Virus record (IMG/VR): IMGVR_UViG_3300032272_000025
Location: 1 to 46,957 of that record
Strand: one strand, 5' to 3'
Source: a virus
Lineage: Duplodnaviria > Caudoviricetes
Length of the DNA: 46,957 nucleotides
Positions within the stretch are counted from its first letter, which is position 1; each line of letters starts with the position of its first letter. The notes under the pieces are model-generated. The model saw only the letters and a list, made by a program, of their open reading frames with translations, was not told the origin of the DNA and searched no databases. Positions 23,842-35,400 of the stretch are shown piece after piece. The translations under genes were made by a program, and so were the position numbers.

Positions 23842-24038
23842 TTCCTGCTCTGTTTATACTCACGCACTTTTACAACAGTGTATTCAATGAACCTCACTGT
23901 GTACCAGATCACTGCGCACAGTGCTGCGATCTCTGGCATCCACTCTAAGATTGACAACGCGGTTGCACCGGCTGCTACTGCATCTGCTCCGTGCTTCATT
24001 GTGTCAGTGTTCATTGGTTGACTGATCATTGATTTCAT
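23838..24038 (-). CDS. Small membrane lysis-cassette protein (holin/antiholin-like)
   Basis: Hydrophobic segment EIAALCAVIWYTVR with a basic tail; directly upstream of the endolysin. Confidence 0.65.
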   Translation of the reverse strand: MKSMISQPMNTDTMKHGADAVAAGATALSILEWMPEIAALCAVIWYTVRFIEYTVVKVREYKQSRN

Positions 24039-24089
24039 CCTGACGCGGCATGTTCACGCTTATATTTTCCTGTTCTTAAACCAAGGCAT

Positions 24090-24422
24090 CTACAACTGCG
24101 CCCTCAGCCGCACAATCTCTGCACTAACTGTGTTCACCTTATCCAATGCCCATTGCTCATCAGCAGTAAGCGGCTGACCAGCACTGGTCTTTATGGCAGC
24201 AGATAAGCACTCAATTCGTATGCGTGAGCTATCAATAGACTGTTCGAGAGCTACTATCTGCTCAAGCACTGTAGGCGCTGGGGCTGTATATGGGGTAACC
24301 ACACCGCCACTATCAATCCACTTCTGCAATTTAAGCAAGAACTCTGCATCACCCTTAGGTACGAACGTATTGCCATTGACTTGGTACACATCCTCACGTT
24401 CTACTACTGTATTTATCTTCAT
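24090..24422 (-). CDS. Tail fibre-associated/chaperone protein
   Basis: Starts 1 nt after the fibre stop; WIDSGG..TPY..P motif and C-terminal helix typical of post-fibre genes. Confidence 0.6.
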   Translation of the reverse strand: MKINTVVEREDVYQVNGNTFVPKGDAEFLLKLQKWIDSGGVVTPYTAPAPTVLEQIVALEQSIDSSRIRIECLSAAIKTSAGQPLTADEQWALDKVNTVSAEIVRLRAQL

Positions 24423-24423
24423 G

Positions 24424-26457
24424 TTATAACCTCGCACTGACTGTAATGTTACTAAGGAGCACTCGGCCCTGTCCACCATCACTTACGGCCACGAATTGTA
24501 TCCCATCTACAAACGGTACAGCCGACACGCCACTTCCGAGAGCTGTGGTAAATGTGACAGTTGGTGCAACCCGCATCTCAACAGGTAAAGACCGCTCAAA
24601 AATAACATTTTCGGAGAGTGCCGCACCATTCCTCAGCTTTATCTGGGTAAACTCTTTGTAGTACCGCTGACACCGAGCCAAGTCCTGCTCATAGGTTGCA
24701 GTATCAGGGACTACGGAAGTGCCAAGGTTAAATGTCACATCCTCTAAGGTGAACACATTGCTTATGGTTGCCATGTCGTTCACTTGGTTAGCTGTAGCAT
24801 AGAAGTCACCAGCATTCCAAGCGTCTGCCGTAGTTTGGTATGTAGCTCCGCAAGCATTAGTAAAGCGAATCTCTAGACCCCACGCATTCACAGCACTTGC
24901 TATCACTGGTGTTAGTGGGAAGTTTAGCACTACAGCTTGTGGCGTATTAGCAACAAGAATATCCACTTCCTGAACATAGGTTGAAGTTCCATTATAGATA
25001 GCAATACAGTGAATCCCAATAACAGGCGCAGATACAGTTACACCTACCGTAGAAGCCTCTGCGAGATACTTAACAGCATCATGCCCCTCAATCTTGGTTA
25101 CGCTTGCGTAGTAGTTTCCTGCTGCAATAGCCGCATCTGCCGTAGTAACAGTGACGGCTCTAGCAAGTTTTCCAGTGGTTGACCCTGTCGCCTGTGCAAC
25201 AGTAACAACACCTGTGCCAATATACCTAAATAACCACCCATCAAGATCGTAAGTGTTGGTTACGGGAGCAGGAAAGCTTGTACCTGCCTGAGCCACTCTG
25301 AACTGGCCGTTGATGCTGTCATTAGCGTAATTAGCCCTTGCATCTACATACTGCTTAGACGCCTTCTCAGTATCAAGCTCATTTAGTGCACCCTGCACAT
25401 CAGTCGCTGCAATGTTTCCCGCTGGTGTGTTCGAGACTGTAGAGGCTGATGCAAGGAGGGCGTAGCCACGCGACTGCGTAACTTCGTAATGCCCTGCTAC
25501 ATCATCACATACAATCACTACAGACTGCCCAGGTACAAGAGTGATGCTGTTCACTCCATCAATGACTGCGCCACCGATGGTGTTGGCATCAACATCCATT
25601 GAACCTGTACCAGCATTCTTAATATGGAACTCAAATCCATCACCAAGGGTTGCAGTAGTTGGCAGGGTGAATATATGCCCACCAGTGCCAGTGTACTCAA
25701 TCAGCTTATTTCTATCAGTAGTCAGGACTATATAATTACCAGCCTGCTTGTTGATTGTACGGAAGGCGATGGAGGCTAGAGAGGCTGCCGCGTTGTTCTC
25801 GCTCACCAGAGCCGCTGCCGCTGACGCATCTGACGCCACTTCACTTGCTGCTGCTGCTGTTTCACTTGCTGCTGCTGCTGTTTCACTTGCTGCTGCTGCT
25901 GTTTCACTTGCTGCTGCTGCTGCTGCTAACACAGCCACCGCTGCAGCCTGGATGTCGTAGTCATACACCGATACACCGACACTGCCGTCTGCGTTGAATA
26001 CAAGAGCCTTCAGTGCGCGATCTGACGCCTGTGGTAGCTCCATCGATACACCGGAGGACTCGCTCGCCGCCATCTGAATGGAACGAGCGACTTTGTCTAC
26101 CAGCTGTTGCTGACCAAAGGTGAGCTTATCCATCGCCGCTTCATGAACCTGCGGTAAAAACGCACCCTGAGATCCGAATGAGTTAGCTTGGAGAGAGTTG
26201 TAATTGGATCGAATGTACCATGTTGAGCCGGTTGGGAGTGCGCCTGCCACACGAGTGATCAGACCACCTGCGTCAGCTCCAACACCCGCTACAGTGTAGT
26301 CAATGCCGATCGTGAGCAGCACCGGTGCTGCTACGCCGACCTTCTCATAAACTTGCACCTGGGTGTTATCGTCAATCCTGAACGTGTAAGAAAAATCAGT
26401 AGCAATTCCATTGCCTGCATATGGTCCTGATGTGATTCCACTGGTTCCTACGGTCAT
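24424..26457 (-). CDS. Tail fibre protein
   Basis: Podovirus adaptor N-terminus (YAGNG..TDFSYTF...HEAAMDKLT), ASETAAA coiled-coil repeats, TDVQGALNEL, C-terminal INGQFRVAQ...LARCQRYY domain. Confidence 0.88.
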   Translation of the reverse strand: MTVGTSGITSGPYAGNGIATDFSYTFRIDDNTQVQVYEKVGVAAPVLLTIGIDYTVAGVGADAGGLITRVAGALPTGSTWYIRSNYNSLQANSFGSQGAFLPQVHEAAMDKLTFGQQQLVDKVARSIQMAASESSGVSMELPQASDRALKALVFNADGSVGVSVYDYDIQAAAVAVLAAAAAASETAAAASETAAAASETAAAASEVASDASAAAALVSENNAAASLASIAFRTINKQAGNYIVLTTDRNKLIEYTGTGGHIFTLPTTATLGDGFEFHIKNAGTGSMDVDANTIGGAVIDGVNSITLVPGQSVVIVCDDVAGHYEVTQSRGYALLASASTVSNTPAGNIAATDVQGALNELDTEKASKQYVDARANYANDSINGQFRVAQAGTSFPAPVTNTYDLDGWLFRYIGTGVVTVAQATGSTTGKLARAVTVTTADAAIAAGNYYASVTKIEGHDAVKYLAEASTVGVTVSAPVIGIHCIAIYNGTSTYVQEVDILVANTPQAVVLNFPLTPVIASAVNAWGLEIRFTNACGATYQTTADAWNAGDFYATANQVNDMATISNVFTLEDVTFNLGTSVVPDTATYEQDLARCQRYYKEFTQIKLRNGAALSENVIFERSLPVEMRVAPTVTFTTALGSGVSAVPFVDGIQFVAVSDGGQGRVLLSNITVSARL
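25840..25927 (-). repeat. About 4 x 21-bp tandem repeat (AASETAA) in tail fibre
   Basis: TTCACTTGCTGCTGCTGCTGT units. Confidence 0.9.
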
Positions 26458-26484
26458 GGCGTTACTCCTGAGTGTCGTACAATA

Positions 26485-29400
26485 TCATTTTCGTTTCGTT
26501 CCGTAAATCAATTCTCGCAGCGTCAGCTCTTCACCTTCTTCGATTACATCGTAGATGTGACCACCTGTTGCCCATGCTTGACTGACACCCGGTATTTTCA
26601 ATGCGACGCCGGTTAGCTTGGACGCAGCTTTATACGGGCCAACAGTGACGTCACTGTCATCAAAGAAGTCTGCGGCGATGCCTTTGTACCCCTGAATACC
26701 AGCCTCAAGTGTTGATGCAACCGGGCTGAAGTTGTACGAGTAATCAGTGGCCAACGCACCCAGTGCGTCACGTGCAAATGGAACAGCAGTGACTGGGTAC
26801 AGCGCAAGCTTGATCAAGGTTTCCTGAAGCATCTCTTCTGGCTCCTTGTCCTCATCGTCGAACTCACCACGCAGCAACATCTCAGTCAGAACCGGTAGGA
26901 TGAACAGGAACATCACCTTAGCTGCAGTCACGTGAGCCGGTGCGCTCTTGGCACTTCGCCCGGTGTCACGAGCCAAGTTACCAAGTGAGCTGAAGAAGGT
27001 CATGAACATTGTCAGAGTGGTGTGCAGCTTCGACTGGTTGCGCATTAGCGTTGCCATGTCTTTGGTTGCACCAGATCCCTGCAGGTTCTCAACAGCCCAG
27101 TCAGCATACTTGACAGCTTTGCGCTCATCGCCGTCTTCAGACAGTGACTTGTCATAAGCTGCATGCCAAGTTGGTAGATCCACCATGTAAGTCTGGACCA
27201 TCGCGATATGCCACATTGACGCACTCTGCACCTTGGCAACTTTACCACGTAAGTCGTGCTTATCTTTCTTACCTTTCAGTGTTGTCTCAGCTGCCCTGAT
27301 CTCCCGGTCCATTGTTGATGTACGATGGTTCATAACCTTTGATCGAGTTGATGCAAAGTCCCACGCACTCTGGATGTCATCAGTGCTGCCGAGTACGCGA
27401 CGAACTGATTTGAGATAGCGTGACCGGCCAACAGTGCTGACGATGGCTTTCAGAGTCTTACCGGCGCCAACCTCTGACGCTGTGGTGAACAATCCGAAGA
27501 TCTGCATGATACCGGTTGAAGCTTTGAAGCCCATCGCACCGAGTGTGACACCGAGTCGCAGGTTACCGAACATGGCCTCGATGAACGTCTTCGATGGGGT
27601 GTTGCTACCGTCCTTCGCGATGTCGTTCAACCAAGGTTTCAGTAGCTTGAACTCTTCCTCACCCAGTGCCGCAGTGATTGCATCAGCGACTGCCGGGCTT
27701 GAGATCAGACGATTCACCTGACGAACTGCATCATGGTGCGTGACATAATGAACCACCTCTTCAAAGTGATTCGGAATGGTGTTGAGGTTCAGCTCAATGC
27801 GATCATAAAACCCAGTACGCTCGTTCACAGATCCAGCTGTCACTGAGCTACTAATCATGCCTCCACGTGAGAACATGGAGTCAACCTCAGCCGCTGCTTT
27901 GTCTGCGTTCTTCTCAGCTTTGTGACTGCGAGCTTTGGAATATACAACTGGGTAGTAGCCACCGTTGAATGTACCGAACTCGGTCACCACGGGTGTAGCC
28001 GCAACCTTCATCGGAGCGAGGCCACTGCTGCTCTCATGTACTGCTTTGAGCATTGGGTACAGTTTGTCCATCTGATCCCATACATGCTGAACGAGCACCC
28101 AGTCTTCACGAGTCATGTGTGACAGGATAGCCTGCAGAGTTTCATTCTCGAAGGTGATCTCGTCTTCATTCTCAGGGTTAGCCCAGCCTTCACCGAGTAG
28201 CATCTTCTTCAGGTTACCAACATTACCAGTATTCAGTGCTACAGCGATCACCTGTGTGGCTCGCATGCTCTCACCGATCTCTTCAATGAAGATGTTCCTC
28301 TGCATCCTGGCTGCGTTCTTTTCCATGTGCTCAGTCAGAGCAGTGATGGTTGGTTCAGTGACTTCAGTGTGCAACCTGAACTTGTGATCCAGTGCGTCAG
28401 TGAATCTCTGCATGATCAGATCGTGCGCCATGTCAACAGGTTCGCCATTGTCCAACCAGCGAGTGAGGAACGGGATCTTGGTCATCTGAGCGTTTGCCCA
28501 TCTGAACAGGTTGCGATCTTCAACGTCTGCGCCTATACCGGCTGACATCTTGCTTGGATACTTCTTACCAACCTTCGCCACGTGTGCTACGAAGTTTGCA
28601 ACAACTTCCTGGAAGTCGCGGAGATCTTCACCAATGCTGATCTTATTGGTGTACCTTGCCACATGCTCGATATTCTTCAGTGAGTCGTTGATACCCTGTA
28701 GATCATCATACTTCACGTTCTTCCAGTGCGTGGTGTATGCCTCATCCAGCACAGCGTCAGACAGCACTAGATTGTCACCAGCGGTTTCAATACGCTCAGC
28801 CACCCACGTGGCCAGTGCGACGTTCGCTCTGTCGACCTGCTTCATTGTAGCGGTTTTGTGGAACTCGAATCGACTGATGATCTTGTCAATCTGCTCCAGG
28901 TAACCGGCATCAGCTTTCGCGATATTCTCGCGCACTGACTTCTTACGGTAGCGAGCAACCCGGTCAACGATCTTCATGGTGTTGCTCTTAGCCTCAGTAG
29001 CTGCGATAGCAAGATAATGATTCATTGCCTGACGACTCTTGGCGTCGGCTGCAAGCGGTTTGTTCCCTTCGGCAAGGGCAGTGGCTGACTCCTGTGCTGC
29101 GCGGATCTCAGCGGCTCTGTACTTACCGGGATTGATCTCACGGAATGACATCTGACCGACGCGTTCTTCGGCCAGGAACTTCATTGTGCGACGATCCAAC
29201 GTAGCCTGAGATGTGCCCTTCATCAGAGCCTTCAACTCAATCAGGATCAGGGCACCACGTTCTTCATTCATCACTGCTTCATCTGCCAGCTGCTGAATGC
29301 TGCCGTCAGTCAGGATGTCGCCATGCCTCTCAATCATTCGAGCTTCAGCATTCTGTTCAGCTTTTACGCTGAGCTTCGGAGCATCGATGATCTCTTTAAT

Positions 29401-32400
29401 CATCTGGTCACCAGAGTCGAAGCCGAAGAAAGCAGCCGCGTCATCAGCTGTTACACCTTCGCCGCCCTTGATGGTCAGACCGATCAGAGCCGGTGGGACG
29501 ATTGTTGAAGTGCGACCGCGTTTATCAGTACGCTCGAAACCATAAGCTTCTTTCACAGCAGCGTGATCCAGTTTGAACTCACCACCTCTCAGAGCAGTGA
29601 TTGCGCGATAGACTGGCTCACCTTTCAACGATTCAGTCTCTTCATCGATCAGGTCACTCTTCTCAGACTTCCACCACTTCTGAGTCTGTCGAGTCAGCTG
29701 CTTGATCATCTGATCGCGCAGTGTCTCACGAGCTTTGTCTTCACTTAGACCCTGCTTCTCTTTGTACTCAGCGAACTGTTTGTCAGTCATGCCAGCCATC
29801 GCTGCGTCAGAGAACATCGGCTCAAACTTAGCACGAGCTTCTGCAGCTGCGATCTGTTCCTCAGTAGCGATCAACCGGTCAAACACCTGACGCATCTCGT
29901 CAGTGAGCTTCACGTTCAGATCACCCTTGACAACCTGATACACTTGAACCAGCCATCTGGCGAAGGTGCGGAACACATTACGAAGTTCCATTGATGGCGC
30001 TTTGCCTTCCATCAGGTACGCCTCAAAGCCACGAGCAAACTGCTCATGAATTGCAACTTCGATTGCTGTGTCGAAGTCTGCCAGACCGGTTGTACCGTTG
30101 GCCAGGAACTCACGGATGTTATCAGTTGACACCATGCTGATGCCATCTGTCATGTTGTCAGTTGCTTCTTTTGCTACGTCCTGAATGTTACTGGCAATCC
30201 AGTTCTTGATGGCAGGCAGCTGTGAGCCGTCTGTTTTCTGCTCCATGTCAAGCATGAAATGGGCAAACTCGTGCAGGAATGTAGAAAGATCTGATGACTC
30301 GGTGAGTCGAATCAGAGTGTTACCGGAATCGTATGTACCCCGTGTTACATCGCTGGTTGTTTGCTCTGGCTGGTTGAAAACATCCGAGCCAACAGGGATT
30401 CCTTCAGACTCGTCGAGCTGAATATTTTGTCCCGCTGGTCCACCACGGCTTTCGATGACTCGTGCGGCTGCTTCTTGATAGCTGATATCTGCTGTTTGTT
30501 TGGCACCTAACTCTCCATATAATCGTTTTTCATAGTACCACAAGATAGCCTGAATATCGGCAACAGTCAATTTGTGACCCTTGCGGGATAGTGTCTTTTG
30601 AGCACGGTTGACTGTGTCGAGCATGAACGTGCGATCTGTCGCACTGTATGGTGCATCTTCGATGTTTACGAATGCCTGCTTGTACAAAGAGTTGGCAGCT
30701 TTCTCAACTGGTGTGCCGTCTTTGTAACCCTTATCTGCGTAGGTCTTCGCATGAACCACAGTCTGAGCGAGAGCTTCGTCATCACTGATGTCAGGCTGGC
30801 CGATGAGATCTTTGAACCTGGCCAAGCCGATCTTACGACCTTTCGCATCAGTAGGTTTGTCAGATGTGCCGGATACACTCTGCAGCAATGAACCACGATA
30901 CCGGTTGAATGTACGAGTCCACCACCGGTCCATAGTAAGGTAGCCGTGAGAGCCCATCAGGTTAGCGTAGAACGCTCCGAGTTTAGGTCCGAGTACGATG
31001 GCAGCCATTGGCAGTTTAATGTGCGCTTGGTGGTTCGTAGAGAACTCCACGCCATCTTCTTTCGCCATCTTCTTCAGCTCACTGATTGTTGCCTCTTGCA
31101 TTAGGTTCTCATGAACCTCTGCCGCAGTCATGCGTGAGAACATGTCAGTCAGGATCTGAAGATTAGCGTCGATACTATCCTGGCGCTGGTGACCACGGTC
31201 AGTGGTGAACCCGTTGCCGTCGCGATAGTTGGAGTAGATGTCCACAGCCTGTGCAAAGTTCGGCACAACCTTCTGACCGTCGCTGGTGATCGCAATCAAC
31301 AGAGTCAGGGTGTTGCGAGCATCCTGATCAGTCTGTAGCTCTGGGAACTGTTCGGCAAATGTATCAATGGCTGCTTGGAACTTCTCACTGTACCAACCAA
31401 CACCAGACTCGCCCGGTGAGTCGAGCTCGAACATGACTTCGTCAACCATCCACTTGGCAAGCTTCTTCGACGCCTCTGGGCTCTGATCCTTGCGATCAAC
31501 CATACCATACTTCTGACGGGTGCGAGCTTCAAGAGCTGCAGCAACGTCGCGAGTGAGATGGCGTTTGTTTGGATCAAGGCCGAACCGCTTCAGAGTCTCT
31601 GTGCCGCGACGGAGAGCTGCTGATTGCTTGTAGACCTGCGCCTGTTTGACCTCATCATTCACCGCTTCGATGGTCACGGCGCCTTCATCCCAGATGACGT
31701 AGTTTGAAGTTCCGCTTGATTTTCCGCGACTGGTGGCGTCTGAGTATTTCAACCCCTTAATACCTATGGAGTCAAGAAAGATACTAGCCTTCTTGTCAGA
31801 TCTGTCGTCGTAAATGGAGTAAGGAGGTTGATCCAACTCGTCTTTTAGTATGAAGTAAATGGTTCTGCCTGTGGTAGATCCCATCTCAAAAGACTGAAGC
31901 GATTCCTTGATCTTGGGGGAATCCACCCCTCTAAGAGCCCTTAGTACTTTAGGACTCTGCTCACTCATAGGCTTATCCCAATCAAGGAGCACGTCGTCTT
32001 CAGGGATGTCCACCTGGTAGAGTGTCCCAGATTTCAAGGGATGGTCAGCCTTAGCAAGAGAATCGAAAGCGCTTGAATAATCCTTCATCGTTGCTTCTGA
32101 TAGATTATATGACTCAATGAACTGCTGTTTAGCGCTCACCCATGTCGACCCTGTATGAGCAGATGATAATGCAAAGTCAGCAGCCTCTTTTTCTATTTCA
32201 GAAATGTCCTCATACCATTCAGGATTCTCTCCCTCAGACAGAGTGTCTCTGTAATATTCAGCAATCTCCTTCTTCCCTGCGAAATACAATCCCCATCCGT
32301 AAGCCTGGGCGCCTTCTCCAGAGCCCATAGCAGCAAGGCTGAATTTGTCGAACTTATGAGGTGTGCCGTGGAAAGCAGACTGCTTGAGCACAGGTGCAGT

Positions 32401-35400
32401 GGTGTACTCAGTGCTAGTGTCACCAATGTTACCAACCAACTCCTGCAGAGCCTGGTTGTCGTTTGAAGCAGCGTATCCTTTGAAGTTGCCGGAATCCCAG
32501 TACTGAGTGACGAACTTGAAGTTCTTTCTGAGGATGCTCTCAAGCTCAGCCTGCTCGACCATGTTCTTGTTCATACCTTCAAGCACTTCTGCGCTCTTCT
32601 TGGTCATGTCCTCTTTGCGGAAGTACTGAGACTTATACTCATTCTTCTTGGCTTCGTTCGCATCCCACTGGTCAGTGAACAACTTCTCTTCGATGATAGC
32701 AACGCCACCCTCAGCAACAAGGTCAGCGACTCTACCTATCTGAGCATCACGGTCATTATGGATGAACTGGAACACCATTGACTCATGAACCACGTCGAAC
32801 TTCTGGCTCTTCGGATCGTACCAGTTGGTGCCTTCCCATGCTTCAGTGCCGTCGTCAGCCTGCTCTGTGCCGAATGCTGCATTCACATACTCAGCGCCGG
32901 GTACTGGGGACTTGTTGAACGTGGCCTCCATCGAATCGTTCGGATCAAGCGCCACGCCGGTCATCTCAGATGTCTCAGCAATGGCTTTGACCATCGCACC
33001 CTCAGACGCTCCGATGTCCAGGATCGTGCCAGTCTTGAATGTCTTAGCGATTGCAGCACCAACCAGATCCTGTACCTCACGGTGACCAGGGATGCTGGAT
33101 GCAATGTGCACGTCGAAGTTGCCACGGTGTTTATCAATAGCAGCTTTGAAATCTGGATCAACTGGTGTGTCGATTACAGGGGTGTACTCTTTCTTGAGCG
33201 ATGGCTTTCCTTCCTCGCCTTCAGTCACTCCAGCGAAGAAATCTTTGAAAGCGTCTGCTTCCTGCTTCTTGGTGGCTGCGATCTCACCATCAACTTTACC
33301 CTTATAGAACGAAGCAGCGACAAGCCCGACGGACGGGTCATTTACAATGTAGCCAGCGTAGCCAGCTTCCTTGATGTTCTTCTCATATGTGCTCAGGTCA
33401 AACACACCGAAATCTGTTGACTCGGCTTTCAGGTTGTCTGGGTCGGCATTGAAGTCATACAGTGACGCAGGATCGATGAACACATTATAAGTCTTTGTGC
33501 CAATCTCTTTCTCCTGCTTGTAGTCAGCAGCGGTCCCTTCTTCGATGCCGTAGTAGGCGCGATCAACCCACGCAGCTGGGTTCTCTTTCTTGCGTTTAGT
33601 CTCATCACCTGTGTAACCGGTGCCGTGGAATGACGGGTCAATCTCAGTCAGACCTTCTTTCCTGCTGCGATGAGTGAGTCGAATCTGACCGCTCTCGTTT
33701 GTCGGAATGTCGATGCCAGCTAGTGTCACTGAAGAGTCACGCTTTGTTAAGAACGCACTCGCACCCTCAAGAGAAAGACCTGTGCCACCTGTACCACCTG
33801 TCTTGATGACAGTCTTATTCGCAAGATCATAGATTGAGTCTTGGTTGAGATCCTTGCCAAGCTGCAGAGCCTGCCCCTTATCAGGCGTGACTACGTTAAT
33901 GTCAATGCTCTTATTACCGTCCCCGAAGTCGAACACACCGATGGTCACGTTCGAGCGTGATAACAGCTCTTTGTTCTCTTCCGCAAACGCCAGCAACTCT
34001 GCATCAACGTCAGCTTCGTCAGTGATATTCTTTGAACGCATTGTCGCAACATAGCCAGTGTCAGCCTCAAACACTGACCCATTGGGGTTAAGGGTGATGC
34101 CCCCGTTCTCAGCGACAGCGTCTGCCACCGAAATTGGTTTAAATTCAACAGGCTCGCCTTGCTTCAGCACACCAGCTGCCTGCAGCTCTGCGGCTTTGCC
34201 GGTCATCGGCCCTTCAACCTTCAGGCCGAACTGCTCGTACATCTGAGCAACTGGCAGTTTAAGTTCCTTCGATTTCACGGCAATGTACGCCGGTACGATC
34301 TCCGCAAGTAAACTGGCCTGCTGTGCGTCGACACGACCCGTATCAATCAACTGGTCACGAACCGATGCGAAGATCTCCTGTGATTCTGCGTACTGCGATA
34401 CAGTCTCGTTCGCCTGATCCATCAGTCGATCACGGTATGCCTTCATCGACTCGACAGCTTGCTCATGCCTGAATGGAGTCGGAGTCTCAGGGTCAACAGT
34501 CATGTGCTGACGCAGTTCGTCATAGTGCTCAGTGCCAGCAAGATCAGTGGCAAAGTCGGCAACAGGGATTGAGATTGATGTGTTCAGCTCACCCTCTTCT
34601 GCAAGCTTGTCGCGCAGGATCTGCAGTGCAGGATCTGCGTCAATCTCTTCAGGTGTTTTCTGGTTCAGGTATTCAGCAGCCTGCTCACTGTCAATGTGGA
34701 TCTGTGAGTCTGGGTCAATACCCTTCACGAACTGCCTGAATGTCTCGCCATCAAGCTCACGTGTAGAAGACTTCGATGCGTAATGGTTCAACAAATCAAT
34801 CGTCTGCTGGCCATTCATGTCAACCTGATCTTTCACATTGAATGCAGCAGTTTCAGCCTTCTTGTACTGAGACTCGTAATAATAGCTCATACCCTTCGCA
34901 GCACCAACTTGGATGCCACCACCCACCACTGTCGCAATGGCAGTGCTGACGGCAGCGTCAGGACGCTCAGCGAGGTATTCTGTAAACGGTTTGTCTTTGT
35001 TCTCTGGCAGCATCGCCCAGTCGTTCAGATCCTGCAGTACTGTCGCAGCCTGCTCACTTGGGATCTCACGTGCGAGGAACCCGACCACGTTCTTCATGAA
35101 GCCCGGATCTTTCTCCAGTATCTTCTGCAGTGGCTTGAAGGCCAGCTTCTCAGTGAAGATCTCGATACCTGCCTGGGATGTACCAAGTAGTGCAGCCTTC
35201 TCAGGTGACAGACCTTTCTCCAGACCTTGTGACGCTGACGTGCCGAACGTCGACGCACCCATCAACGGGATCATCAGCTCAGGGTTGCGAGACAGAACAG
35301 CAGCACCGAGTAGTGCGACACCATGAACACCGGACTGCACACCGGACGCAACATCCTGCATAAATGGTGACAGCTTCTTGTTGTCAGCAGTCAGTGATTT

